Below, one piece after another: positions 45,617 through 55,711 of a DNA stretch of 55,814 nucleotides. Position 1 is the stretch's first letter, and every line of letters starts with the position of its first letter. The stretch is from Thermodesulfovibrio sp. (GTDB lineage Bacteria > Nitrospirota > Thermodesulfovibrionia > Thermodesulfovibrionales > Thermodesulfovibrionaceae). The stretch lies in assembly GCA_025060625.1 (NCBI GenBank), contig JANXBR010000001.1, positions 1 to 55,814 of the forward strand, written 5' to 3'. The notes below the pieces were generated by a model. That model was not told the origin of the DNA, made no database searches, and was given only the letters and a program-made list of their open reading frames with translations. A program made the position numbers and the translations under genes.

Positions 45617-47065
45617 CTATCTCTTCCAGAATGCAGGTGTAAAAAGTATAAGCAACGTATAATACTCAAGCCTTCCTGCAAGCATGCAGAAAATAAGTAT
45701 CCATTTACCAAAAACAGGGATACCCGAATAATTTCCTGCTGGACCAGCTTCTCCTAAGGCAGGTCCCACATTATTCATGGCTGAAATAACTGTTGAAATG
45801 GAAGTTATAATATCAAGCCCTGTTGCTGTCATTGCAATGCTTGAAATAGCACATAAAAATAGGGCAAGAAAAACAAAACCCCAAATGCTACCAAGTGTTT
45901 CCTTAGTAAGAAACTTGTCATCAAGTTTTAATGCCAATACAGCTCTTGGATGAATAAGCTGATAAAACTCTCTGAATATCTGTTTTATCATAAGATAAAC
46001 CCTTACCTGTTTTATTCCACCACCTGTTGAGCCTATCATTCCTCCAAGAAACATTATTATTAATAAAACCAGCTGACAAAAGGAACTCCATTTCAAATAG
46101 TCTGCAGTTGCATAACCTGTCGTTGTAATTATTGATATAACTTGAAAAACAGAATATCTCAAAGAGTCAAAAGTTGAATCATAGGTATAAAGCCAAAGAT
46201 CAATGGTAAGAATTAGAATTGTTAAAAGAATGACAGAAAAATAAAATTTAAACTCTGCATTTCTTAAAAATATTTTGAAATTGCCTCTTATGAAATAAAA
46301 ATAAAGGGCAAAGTTAACTCCTCCAAGAAACATACCTATGCTTACAGCATAATCAAGAAAGGGGCTATTAAAATGACCAATGCTTGCATTTTTTGTTGAA
46401 AATCCACCTGTAGAAATAGTCGTAAAAGCATGACAAACAGCATCATATAAATTCATGCCTGCAATCAGATAGAGAATTATTATCAATAAAGTTATGGCAG
46501 CATAAATAAGCCATAAGGCTTTCGCAGTATCAATAATCCTTGGTCTTAATTTATCCACGCTTATCTCAGGAACCTCTGCTTTAAAAAGTTGCATGCCACC
46601 TGTTCCAATTATGGGCAAAACAGCAAGAGCAAACACTATTATACCCATGCCGCCTATCCACTGTGTCATGCTTCTCCAGAAAAGTAAACCTGCAGGAAGA
46701 CTTTCTACATCCGCAAAAATACTCGCACCTGTTGTAGTAAACCCTGACATTGCTTCAAAAAAAGCATCTGTAAAAGAACTCACTGAACCAGTAAATATAT
46801 AGGGAAGACAACCAAAAAAAGACACACTGAGCCATGACAACGTAACTGTCATAAAGGCTTCTCTATACATTAAATCTTCATGTCTATATTGTTTTGTTAT
46901 GGCAAGCATAACAGTCCCAGAAAAGAAAGTGAGAAAAAAAGAAAATACCAATGCTGTTAAATCTGAAGAATGATTAATAATTGATACGCCTACTGGTAAA
47001 AGCATAAAAATTGAAAGAATAATAAGAATTATGCCTACAATATTGAAAACTGTTTTAAAATTCAT
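45617..47065 (-). CDS. trkH: Trk potassium uptake membrane protein TrkH
   Basis: Four pore motifs SGFTTTGAS, ISTGGFS, TTTGY, NNVGP; WIGGMGII, GSTGGGIK, GRLE. Confidence 0.96.
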   Translation of the reverse strand: MNFKTVFNIVGIILIILSIFMLLPVGVSIINHSSDLTALVFSFFLTFFSGTVMLAITKQYRHEDLMYREAFMTVTLSWLSVSFFGCLPYIFTGSVSSFTDAFFEAMSGFTTTGASIFADVESLPAGLLFWRSMTQWIGGMGIIVFALAVLPIIGTGGMQLFKAEVPEISVDKLRPRIIDTAKALWLIYAAITLLIIILYLIAGMNLYDAVCHAFTTISTGGFSTKNASIGHFNSPFLDYAVSIGMFLGGVNFALYFYFIRGNFKIFLRNAEFKFYFSVILLTILILTIDLWLYTYDSTFDSLRYSVFQVISIITTTGYATADYLKWSSFCQLVLLIIMFLGGMIGSTGGGIKQVRVYLMIKQIFREFYQLIHPRAVLALKLDDKFLTKETLGSIWGFVFLALFLCAISSIAMTATGLDIITSISTVISAMNNVGPALGEAGPAGNYSGIPVFGKWILIFCMLAGRLEYYTLLILFTPAFWKR

Positions 47066-48402
47066 GTAAGAAGTTTTTCCACTTCCCTTATGGAATCTTT
47101 AAGGGTAAATATTATCAGTTTATCCTTTGATTTAATCAGATCATCACCTGTAGGGATAATAATTTTTTCTCCTCTGATAATTGCTCCAAGTATTGAATTC
47201 TTGGGGAAAATCCCTTCTTTTAGGGTTCTACCTACAATATCAGAATCCTCAGAAACCTCTACCTCCATTATTTCAGCTTTGTTTTCAGCAATTGCAGTTA
47301 AAGAGATAACTTCTCCTTGCCTTAGGTATCTCAAAATTATGCTCGCTGTAATAAGTCTTGGACTTAAAACAGACTGTATTCCTAAGTTATGGGCAAGGGG
47401 CACATAATCTGTTCTATTTACGAGAGCTATAACCTTTTTAGCACCAAGTTTTTTAGCAAGAAGTGATGCCATAATATTTAGCTCATCATTGTTGGAGGAG
47501 GCAATATAAGTATCCATATTACTTATGTTTTCCTCAATTAAAAGCTGTTTGTCTGCACCGTCACCATGAAGAACCAAAGTTCTGCCAAGATGCTTGCTAA
47601 GAAATTTGCATCTTTCAGAGTCTTTTTCTATGATTTTAATGTCTGCCTTGTTTTCCATTTTGCTTGCAATGTAATATCCAATTCTTCCACCACCAAGTAT
47701 CATAATTTTCTTTGCAGGACTACTATGAACCCCAAGGCTTTGTGCAACTTCTTGTATGTGTTCTTTTGGAATAGGCATATAAACAATGTCTCCTTCCTGT
47801 AAAACATCATCACCAACTGGAACTTTGACATTTTCATCTCTCTCTATTACACCAATTATCAGGTCTTTATTTAAAAGAGCCCTTATTGATTTAAGTTTTT
47901 TACCGTTTACAGGACTGTCCTTAGGAATTTTAAAACCTATTACCATGATTTTTCCTTTTTCAAAACCTATTACCTCACTGGCAAAGGGATTTTCAATTAG
48001 TCTGGAAACTGCCTCTGCTGCCTCAAGTTCTGGATTAATTGCTGGATCAATATCTAAATTTGCTTTACCAAGCAGTTCTTTGTTAAAAAAATAGTCGGGG
48101 TTTCTAATTCTTGCAATTTTTCTCTTTATATTAAACATTGCCTTGCCAATTAGGCAGGCAATCATGTTTGTTTCATCACTGTTTGTCACTGCAATTAAAA
48201 GGTCTGCCTTGTCTGCACCTGCCTCTTTAAAGGCTGAGGGGTCACTTCCTTCAGCCTCTATTGTGGCAATGTCAAGCTCTTCTGAAATTCTTTTCAATTT
48301 ACTTCCATCTCTGTCAATAATTACAACATCTATACCTTCATAGGTAAGAAACTTTGCAATTTGATATCCAACTTCTCCTGCACCAACAATGATTACTCTC
48401 AT
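47062..48402 (-). CDS. trkA: Trk potassium uptake NAD-binding protein TrkA
   Basis: Two RCK-N domains (GAGEVG, GGGRIG), AVTNSDETN, DELNI. Confidence 0.96.
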   Translation of the reverse strand: MRVIIVGAGEVGYQIAKFLTYEGIDVVIIDRDGSKLKRISEELDIATIEAEGSDPSAFKEAGADKADLLIAVTNSDETNMIACLIGKAMFNIKRKIARIRNPDYFFNKELLGKANLDIDPAINPELEAAEAVSRLIENPFASEVIGFEKGKIMVIGFKIPKDSPVNGKKLKSIRALLNKDLIIGVIERDENVKVPVGDDVLQEGDIVYMPIPKEHIQEVAQSLGVHSSPAKKIMILGGGRIGYYIASKMENKADIKIIEKDSERCKFLSKHLGRTLVLHGDGADKQLLIEENISNMDTYIASSNNDELNIMASLLAKKLGAKKVIALVNRTDYVPLAHNLGIQSVLSPRLITASIILRYLRQGEVISLTAIAENKAEIMEVEVSEDSDIVGRTLKEGIFPKNSILGAIIRGEKIIIPTGDDLIKSKDKLIIFTLKDSIREVEKLLT

Positions 48403-48429
48403 GATTAGTCCTTCTTAAATAGTGAAAAA

Positions 48430-48459
48430 ATTATATCATTATAAAACAAAAATGAGCAA
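48430..48459 (-). promoter_or_regulatory. Putative sigma70 promoter of trkAH
   Basis: Minus strand TTGCTC-N18-TATAAT, 27 nt before the trkA ATG. Confidence 0.5.
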
Positions 48460-48541
48460 TTTAATTAAATTATCGCTATGTTTGCTAACAACCATAAAAT
48501 TAATTGATGGGCATAAAAATTTTTAATAGCATTTGTCATTA

Positions 48542-50554
48542 TCAGCTTTTAGAAAGGACTTCCTTCACTTTTTGAAGTAAAGCAACTGGAGAAATAGGCT
48601 TTGAAATATATTCAATATCTTTTTCAATGATGCCTCTTTCAAAGATTATGTCAGAGGTATAACCGCTCATAAAGATATATTTTATTTCTGGCTTGAAAAT
48701 TTTTATCTCTTCTAATACCTCTTTTCCATTTTTTACAGGCATTATTATATCGTGAAGGACAAGCTGGATAATGTCCTTATTTTCAATAAATTTATCAATT
48801 CCTTCCTGTCCATTTTTTGCCTCAATAACTCTATAATTAGCCTCCTCTAAAACTGTCTTCATATAACTTCTAACAATTTCGTCATCTTCAACCAATAAAA
48901 TAGTTTCACCTTCTCCTTTAAGATAATCCAAATCTATATGAATTTCTTCTTTTGCGACCTCTTCTCTTTCTTCTGCTACAGGTAGATATATCCTAAAGGT
49001 AGTTCCTATGCCTAATTCACTGTAGACATTAATGTATCCTTTATGCTGTTTTACAATACCGTATACAATAGAAAGCCCGAGCCCTGTACCTTTACCAACA
49101 GGCTTTGTTGTAAAAAAAGGCTCAAAAATCTTGGGCTTTGTAGCTTCGTCCATACCTACACCTGTATCGCTTACAGTAATAAGAATATATCTGCCAAGCT
49201 CTCCAAATCCGTGAATTTTTATAAAATTTTCATCAAGATCAATCACTTCTGTTGAAATTGTAAGAATACCACCTTTTGGCATGGCATCTCTTGCATTGGC
49301 AACTAAGTTCATTAATACTTGCTGAATTTGAGTAACATCTGCCATTACTAAATGTTTACCCGAATTTAAATTAAATTTTAATTCTATATCTTCGCCAATA
49401 ACTCTTGAAATAATCTTTGAAAAATCATTAATTAAATTGTCTATTATAACCGGTTTTATATCAAGAATCTGTTTTCTACTAAAAGCCAACAATCCCTGTG
49501 CTAAAGAGGCAGCATTCTCTCCAGCAGAGATTATGTTGTCTGCATAATCATAGAGAGGAGATGATTTATCTACAGATATCTTGATAAGCTGTGCAAAACC
49601 TATAATTGGTGTAAGCATGTTTCTAAAGTCATGGGCTATTCCTCCTGCAAGAATGCCTATGTCCTCCATCCTTTGTGCATGAATGAGTTGTTCCTGTGTT
49701 TTTTTCTCCTCTGTAATATCTCTTGCAATTTCTATAACATTGACAACCTTGCCTTTGTCATCTTTTATTGGTACAGCCCTTATATCCCAGATTTTTCCAT
49801 CCTGTGATTTCTTCTCTGCAGATATAACATCTCCAGTTAAAAAAGCCTTTTTTGCAGGACAATTATCGCAAGGAATATCTCTATTAAGAACAAAACTGTA
49901 ACAATGTTTACCTATAATTTCCTCAGCTTTTTTATTAAAATTCGTTTCAAATCTTCTGTTAACCCATACTATTTTCAAATCTGAATCGAGCAAACATATG
50001 AGATCTGGCATAGAATCAAGAAGAGCTTTAAATTCATTATAAAGTTTAGAATATTTTTTATTTAATTCAAAAAGTTCCCGCACCTTTTGTTCCAATTTTG
50101 AGGCAATTATCTGGCTGTAGGCTTTTAAAAAGTCCTGTTCCTTCATTAATACTTCCATATTAGGAAGATTTGAAACTTTTTTCAATTTACATTCTTCAAC
50201 AACCTCAGAAATTTTTCTATAAAGTTCTTCAGGTTCTTGAGGTTTTTCAATAAATGCCTCTGCTCCAAGAGCAATTGCAAGTTTTTTGTCTTTTTCACCT
50301 GTATATATGGCAGAATAAAAAATAAAAGGAATATTTTTAGTTTGTTCATTTTGTTTAAGACTCCATAAAAGCTCAAATCCATCCATTTTAGGCATTAATA
50401 TATCTGAAATAATAAGTTCTGGCTTTTCCCTTATTGCTAACTCAAGTGCTTCTTTACCATCTGAGGCTTCAATAACATCTAAACCATGATGTTTTAAGTC
50501 TAACTTTAATAGCCTTCTGTCATCATCATTGTCATCTACTATTAAAACTTTCAT
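48542..50554 (-). CDS. Cytoplasmic hybrid histidine kinase REC-PAS-HisKA-HATPase-REC
   Basis: IISDILMP; PAS; AGGIAHDFRNML; NARDAM; FEPFFTTK..GKGTGLGL; VLHDIIMP. Confidence 0.93.
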   Translation of the reverse strand: MKVLIVDDNDDDRRLLKLDLKHHGLDVIEASDGKEALELAIREKPELIISDILMPKMDGFELLWSLKQNEQTKNIPFIFYSAIYTGEKDKKLAIALGAEAFIEKPQEPEELYRKISEVVEECKLKKVSNLPNMEVLMKEQDFLKAYSQIIASKLEQKVRELFELNKKYSKLYNEFKALLDSMPDLICLLDSDLKIVWVNRRFETNFNKKAEEIIGKHCYSFVLNRDIPCDNCPAKKAFLTGDVISAEKKSQDGKIWDIRAVPIKDDKGKVVNVIEIARDITEEKKTQEQLIHAQRMEDIGILAGGIAHDFRNMLTPIIGFAQLIKISVDKSSPLYDYADNIISAGENAASLAQGLLAFSRKQILDIKPVIIDNLINDFSKIISRVIGEDIELKFNLNSGKHLVMADVTQIQQVLMNLVANARDAMPKGGILTISTEVIDLDENFIKIHGFGELGRYILITVSDTGVGMDEATKPKIFEPFFTTKPVGKGTGLGLSIVYGIVKQHKGYINVYSELGIGTTFRIYLPVAEEREEVAKEEIHIDLDYLKGEGETILLVEDDEIVRSYMKTVLEEANYRVIEAKNGQEGIDKFIENKDIIQLVLHDIIMPVKNGKEVLEEIKIFKPEIKYIFMSGYTSDIIFERGIIEKDIEYISKPISPVALLQKVKEVLSKS

Positions 50555-50569
50555 AATAAAACCTCTCTG

Positions 50570-50938
50570 CTAACTAATCTTTAAAAACTTATGAATTGAG
50601 TCAACAACAGTAAGAGGATCTATGGGCTTTTCAAGATATCCATTACATCCTGCTGAAAGCATTTTCTCTCTGTCTCCTACCATTGCATAAGAGGTTATTG
50701 CTATTATTGGTATATCTTTCACCTCCTCTAAAGCTCTAATTCTTTTAGTTGCCTCCAATCCATCAATACCAGGAAGATTTATATCCATTATGATAAAAAA
50801 TGGTTTTTCCTTTAAAGCTTTCTCGACTCCCTCTTCACCAGTTTGAGCATAAACTACTTCATAGCCTGCTCTTTTTAAGGCATAGGTTATAAGCCTTAGA
50901 TTGTCAGTATTGTCTTCTATGACAAGGACTTTTCTCAT
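50570..50938 (-). CDS. Single-domain response regulator, DivK-like
   Basis: IEDN..N, IMDINLPGIDG, AITSYAM.GDREK...AGC.GY.EKPI. Confidence 0.9.
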   Translation of the reverse strand: MRKVLVIEDNTDNLRLITYALKRAGYEVVYAQTGEEGVEKALKEKPFFIIMDINLPGIDGLEATKRIRALEEVKDIPIIAITSYAMVGDREKMLSAGCNGYLEKPIDPLTVVDSIHKFLKIS

Positions 50939-50961
50939 AAGTTAATTTTACATAATTTTTG

Positions 50962-52725
50962 TTACATTAATTTTACAGGAATTTTTAAAATAAATTTGCT
51001 ACCTACACCATATTTACTTTTTACAATTATATCACCTTTAAGAATTTCTGTAACTATTTTTCTTGTTAAATAAAGTCCGAGTCCTGTTCCCGGTATTTTA
51101 GCTTTATCAGGCATTTCAAATCTCTGAAAGGGTTTAAAAAGTTTCATTAAATCCTCTTCTTTTATGCCTGTCCCAGAGTCTTCAACAATTATTTCAACAA
51201 AATCTCCATTCACAGAAGAGCTCATCTTTATAAATCCCTTTTCTGTAAATTTTATAGCATTGCTCAAAAGATTCATAATACACTGAAAAAGTCTTCTTCT
51301 GTCTGTATGCATTTTGATAGATTGGATATCTACACTTAATTTTAAATTCTTTTTAGTAATATCATTCTCAAAGTTTTTTATTGCCTCTGTAATTAATTCA
51401 GAAAGTTCAAAATCTTCAGGAAATACATCTATAACACCTGCTTCAATTTTGGATATGTCTATTACATCATTTATAAGAGCCAAAAGATGTTTACCAGCCC
51501 TATTAATTGTAGCAATGTTTAGTTTTTGTTCTTCATTAAGTGGTCCAAGCCACTCATTAAGAAGAATACTTGAAAAACCTATTATTGAATTAAGAGGAGT
51601 TCTCAGTTCATGGCTCATCGTTGCAATAAACATTGATTTAAGTCTGTCAAGCTCTTTAAGCCTTTCGTTTGCCTCTTCAAGCTCTCGGGTTCTTTCACTT
51701 ACAAGCTTTTCAAGATGTCCCTTGTATCTTTCAAGTTCTTCATTGGCTTTTTTAAGCTCTGTTATGTCTGTGCCGATACTGAGTATTTCCTTTGGTTTTC
51801 TCTGCTCATCATATATAACCTTGTTAACCCAAAATATCCAGACTCTTTCTCCATTCTTTTTAATATTTTCATTTATGTTATATTTATACTTTTCAGTATT
51901 TTTCAATATACTGCTTATGAATTCCTTCAAGTCTCTTCCAGTAGTTTCTCTTTCAGGCACAATTGTGCCAATAACATCTTTACCAATTAATTCATCATAG
52001 GAAAAGCCAAAAAATTCCACACCAAATTTATTTATAAAATTAATCTTTCCATCAATACTCAACCTTAGTATCACACTGGTTGCATTATCAACCACTTCCC
52101 TATATCTTTGCTCACTTTCCTTTAATGCCTTTTCAGCAATTTTTAGCTCTGTTATATCTTCCACGCTTGACAATATGAATTCCTCGCCATTTATTTTTAT
52201 CAAAATCCCTTGAAGTCTAACTGGAACTAAATGTCCGTCTTTATGGATATAGTGTTTTTCATAGGGTCCGTATCTACCAGTATTCTTTAGAGATTCAATT
52301 TGTTTTAGCTCTTCTTCTTTGTATTCTTGTGGTGTAATATCCCAATAGGTAAGCTTAAGGGTTTCATCCACAGTTCTACCTATAATTTTTGCATAAGCCT
52401 CATTTACATCAACCAATGTTCCATCTATCTTGCATAAAACAAGTCCCATCGAAGATTTTTCAAAGAGAAGTCTATTATAATCTCTCTCCTTCTTTAACTC
52501 CTTTTCATATTTTTCAACTCTAAAAACATAGGCTCTAATCAATAGATAAAGAAGGAAAGAAGTAGCACAAACATATACCCATCCTTTATAAGTTTGATAT
52601 TGCGCATATAGTTCAATATCATGAACAAAACTGGCAAGAATTCTATCGGAGAAAAGTATCCATAAAGCGCCTATAGAGGCATAAATTAGAGGAATACTTA
52701 GTGCATATCTTTTTCTAAAACTCAT
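50962..52725 (-). CDS. Membrane-anchored PAS-PAS histidine kinase
   Basis: Two N-terminal TMs (WILFSD, YKGW), two PAS domains, MSHELRTPLNSIIGFS, NAIKFT, GTGLGL. Confidence 0.93.
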   Translation of the reverse strand: MSFRKRYALSIPLIYASIGALWILFSDRILASFVHDIELYAQYQTYKGWVYVCATSFLLYLLIRAYVFRVEKYEKELKKERDYNRLLFEKSSMGLVLCKIDGTLVDVNEAYAKIIGRTVDETLKLTYWDITPQEYKEEELKQIESLKNTGRYGPYEKHYIHKDGHLVPVRLQGILIKINGEEFILSSVEDITELKIAEKALKESEQRYREVVDNATSVILRLSIDGKINFINKFGVEFFGFSYDELIGKDVIGTIVPERETTGRDLKEFISSILKNTEKYKYNINENIKKNGERVWIFWVNKVIYDEQRKPKEILSIGTDITELKKANEELERYKGHLEKLVSERTRELEEANERLKELDRLKSMFIATMSHELRTPLNSIIGFSSILLNEWLGPLNEEQKLNIATINRAGKHLLALINDVIDISKIEAGVIDVFPEDFELSELITEAIKNFENDITKKNLKLSVDIQSIKMHTDRRRLFQCIMNLLSNAIKFTEKGFIKMSSSVNGDFVEIIVEDSGTGIKEEDLMKLFKPFQRFEMPDKAKIPGTGLGLYLTRKIVTEILKGDIIVKSKYGVGSKFILKIPVKLM

Positions 52726-52754
52726 AAATTAATAAGCCAGTAAACAATCTACAA

Positions 52755-54665
52755 TCATGTTAATCTTTTTTTGTCAAGAGCTTCTCTTATTTTGCTTGAA
52801 AGGGCTTCTATGCTGAAGGGCTTTTGAATGAAATTAATACCTTTTTCAAGAATTCCATGTGTAGCTATAACATCATCTGTATAACCTGACATATATAAAA
52901 TTTTTACATCGGGACGATAACTTTTAAATTTACTAAGAAGTTTTGGACCACTCATCCCTGGCATAACAACATCACAAATAACAAGGTCTATGGGATTATT
53001 GTAAAACTGAGCTAAAAATAAAGCTATATCTGGATTTGGAGCCTCAAGGGTTTTATAACCAAGCCTTTTTAACATTTCAAGAACAGTAGCTCTTACCTTT
53101 TCATCATCATCTATAACAAGCACAGTCTCATGACCCTTAATTAGTTTATCCTCCAGTTTTTCAATTATTTCTCTTTCCCTTTCTTTTTCAATTCTCGGAA
53201 GTAAAATTTTAAAGGTTGTTCCTCTGCCTATTTCACTTTCACACCATATATTGCCTCCATGCTGTTTTACAATATCAAATACTGTTGAAAGCCCTAATCC
53301 AGTACCCTTTTCTTTGGTAGTAAAAAATGGTTCAAAAATTCTGTCTTTTATCTCTTCGGGAATTCCAAAGCCTGTATCTTTTATAGACAACATAACATAC
53401 TGTCCTATTTGAGCTCCTTCATGGCTTTTCATAAATTCTTCATCAACTTCAAAATTTGCTGTTTCAATTATAAGCATTCCTCCTGTTGGCATAGCATCCT
53501 TTGCATTTGCCACAAGATTCACAATAATATTTTCTATTTGAGAAGGATCAACCTCAACTAATCCTATATCAGGCGAAAGGTTAAAACTTAACATTATATC
53601 CTCGCCAATTAATCTACTAATAAAAGATTCCAACCCCTTAACCAATTCATTTATATTTATAACCTTTTTCTCTAAAACTTGTTTTCTGCTAAAAGCAAGC
53701 AGTTGTTTAATCATTTTTTCTGCTCTTTCAGATGAAGCCAAAACATTTTTAAGATAAAACCTGATAGGATCATTTTCAGAAAGAGATGAAAAGGCAAGCT
53801 GCGTAAAACCTTTTATTGAAGTAAGTATATTATTAAAATCATGAGCTATACTTGTTGCAAACTTTCCAATTGCCTCCATTTTTTGAGCATGAAGTAGCTG
53901 TTTATAAAGGGCTTCTTTTTCTTCCTCTGCCTTTTTCAATTCTGTAATATCTCTTATAAAGTTTAAGGTAGCAGGTTTATTTTCCCATTTTATTAGTGCT
54001 GTATTGGTGTCAAGCCATTTTATATTACCTCTTTTATCAATTATTCTTACCTGATAATTCATCGGCAGTCCTTTTTCTCCACTTAATAATCTCATATGTA
54101 AATCTACTGCTTGCTGTCTATCCTCTGGATGAAGAAATTCGGCAAAAGGCTTTGTTAAAAGTTCTTCTTCTGAATATCCTGAAATCTCATAGCTTTTAGG
54201 ATTAACAAACTTAACTAAACCATCCTGTGTAATAACTATTGCCTCACCGGCATTTTCAATAATAGTTCTGTATTTCTCTTCGCTTTCCCTTAAAGCTTCT
54301 TCAATCTTTTTTTGTTCTGTTATATCAAGCAGAGTATGGATAAACCCTATAATTTTGCCTTTATCATCTTTTATTGGATTAACTATAATTAAAAAATATT
54401 TTTCGCCTAATTTTAATTGCCTTGTCTCTTTCTCTCCAGATTTAAGAGAAGCAACCAAAGGACAATCTTTAAAATAAGTTTCAGAACCATGAACAAGTTC
54501 ATGACACTTTTGTCCAATAATAGAATCAATGTCTCTATTTACAAACTCGGCAAAACCTTGATTACAATAAAGGATTTTTCCTTCTGTGTCAACAATAGCG
54601 ACTAAGTCAAATATAGAGTTGAGTATTAGTTGCAAATCCAAAAATTTATTTTTATTATCTATCAT
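52755..54665 (-). CDS. PAS-PAS hybrid histidine kinase with C-terminal REC
   Basis: AQKMEAIG...IAHDFNNIL, NAKDAM, FEPFFTTK.KGTGLGL, ICDVVMP. Confidence 0.93.
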   Translation of the reverse strand: MIDNKNKFLDLQLILNSIFDLVAIVDTEGKILYCNQGFAEFVNRDIDSIIGQKCHELVHGSETYFKDCPLVASLKSGEKETRQLKLGEKYFLIIVNPIKDDKGKIIGFIHTLLDITEQKKIEEALRESEEKYRTIIENAGEAIVITQDGLVKFVNPKSYEISGYSEEELLTKPFAEFLHPEDRQQAVDLHMRLLSGEKGLPMNYQVRIIDKRGNIKWLDTNTALIKWENKPATLNFIRDITELKKAEEEKEALYKQLLHAQKMEAIGKFATSIAHDFNNILTSIKGFTQLAFSSLSENDPIRFYLKNVLASSERAEKMIKQLLAFSRKQVLEKKVININELVKGLESFISRLIGEDIMLSFNLSPDIGLVEVDPSQIENIIVNLVANAKDAMPTGGMLIIETANFEVDEEFMKSHEGAQIGQYVMLSIKDTGFGIPEEIKDRIFEPFFTTKEKGTGLGLSTVFDIVKQHGGNIWCESEIGRGTTFKILLPRIEKEREREIIEKLEDKLIKGHETVLVIDDDEKVRATVLEMLKRLGYKTLEAPNPDIALFLAQFYNNPIDLVICDVVMPGMSGPKLLSKFKSYRPDVKILYMSGYTDDVIATHGILEKGINFIQKPFSIEALSSKIREALDKKRLT

Positions 54666-54954
54666 ACTGATAAATTATTACATTCTCAAATTAATTTATG
54701 CAACCATTAATTTTACTGTATTTTTCTACATATATAAAAGACAAATAAATTAATATTAACAGCAAAATTAATATAAGTTTAGAGCATTAAAATGAAGGAA
54801 TTGATTTAGCCACTTTAAAGGCTCTTTTAAGGTATAAGGATTTGAAGATGACTATAAAAATACTCTCACCTTGCACATACATACAAGATAAAAGCTTTTC
54901 AGGTAATGAGTTAGCTTTTGGAAAGCCGCACCAGCTCAGACTTTTGTCTTGACT

Positions 54955-55203
54955 ATGCTTACAGGTTTTAACCTCTCAGTCTTTTTCAGGGAAACGGTTT
55001 ATTTTCTTGCGGTGTTTATTTCTTTCATTCTATCCATATTTCTTTTTGTTAAGATTTATCAGAAGTCAAGAGTTCGCTTAATCCAAGAGGAAAGGGAAAG
55101 AATTGAAAGACTATGCCAAACTATAGAACGCCTTTCAGGAAAGGAAAACAGAAATGAATTAGAAAGTTTTTATCATAGCAAATGCTTTAGCCCAACACTA
55201 TGA
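54955..55203 (+). CDS. Small hypothetical membrane protein (possibly a mobile-element remnant)
   Basis: One hydrophobic helix, then a charged coiled segment; no clear SD; 3' end overlaps the next frame. Confidence 0.35.
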   Translation: MLTGFNLSVFFRETVYFLAVFISFILSIFLFVKIYQKSRVRLIQEERERIERLCQTIERLSGKENRNELESFYHSKCFSPTL

Positions 55204-55393
55204 TGTTGAAATACCAGATTTTATGGATGACCAAGAATGCCACCAGTGGATAAAGTCAATTTTGAACAGAAGCAACGCACAGCTCAAAAGATGTCCCCAC
55301 TGCCAGCAGGTTATGCCAAGAAAGCTGATAAATGGAGTGCTTAGGTATGTATGCAAAGTTTGTAATAAAACCTTTGCCTTAAAAGGAGTGTAA
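55154..55393 (+). pseudogene. Zn-ribbon protein gene, either nonsense-disrupted at codon 3 or a 56-aa CDS from ATG 55223
   Basis: Not in the ORF track. ATG AAT TAG, then open frame KVFIIANALAQHYDVEIPDFMDDQECHQWIKSILNRSNAQLKRCPHCQQVMPRKLINGVLRYVCKVCNKTFALKGV*. Stop abuts the xis ATG. Confidence 0.6.
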
Positions 55394-55627
55394 ATGGAAC
55401 TTTTAACGCCAGATGAAGTTATAAGGATACTTAAAATCACAAAGAGAACCCTTTACCACTACACAAAGACAGGAATAATCCCTTTTGTAAGACTTCAAAG
55501 AAGAATCCGTTTTAGACGTGAAGATATTGAGCAATTCATTCAAACCCGCCTAAGTAAAAACCCTGAAGTAGATGATATAGTCATCTCTATCAAAAGAAAA
55601 ATTCAAAAAGCCCTCAAGGAGTCTTGA
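55394..55627 (+). CDS. Excisionase-like winged-HTH DNA-binding protein (HTH_17-like)
   Basis: LLTPDEV..ILKI...TLY.....G.IP..RL...IRF...DI pattern; SD AAGGAG; directly upstream of an integrase start. Confidence 0.85.
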   Translation: MELLTPDEVIRILKITKRTLYHYTKTGIIPFVRLQRRIRFRREDIEQFIQTRLSKNPEVDDIVISIKRKIQKALKES

Positions 55628-55711
55628 CCATCCTGATGAGCTTTGTCTATCCTACCTTATCACAGCTCTTTGACAAGCAAGTAAGCCATGTTCTGGAGAA
55701 AGGAGCAGAAC

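Noticed and set aside
45442-45711. 89-aa minus-strand ORF across the structured intergenic element
   Set aside because: It overlaps the trkH 3' end, has no recognisable features, and the region is better explained by its inverted repeats.
48403-48541. Possible c-di-AMP or c-di-GMP riboswitch upstream of trkA
   Set aside because: The sequence is AT-rich, lacks the conserved ydaO or GEMM nucleotides, and the candidate promoter leaves only a short leader.
51314-52000. 228-aa plus-strand ORF (similarly 21920-22528 and other antisense ORFs in the track)
   Set aside because: These are antisense shadows of well-supported kinase/flagellar genes, Ser/Phe/Ile-biased, with no motifs or SD.
54908-54938. 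CCGCACCA resembling a tRNA 3' end / att core near the mobile element
   Set aside because: No preceding T-arm (GTTCGA/GTTCAA), no cloverleaf, and no second copy visible in the window.
55633-55685. CTGATGAG followed by a GCTTTGTC/GACAAGC stem, resembling a hammerhead ribozyme core
   Set aside because: The required GAAA after stem II is absent (reads AAGT), and no stems I/III with an NUH site could be built.
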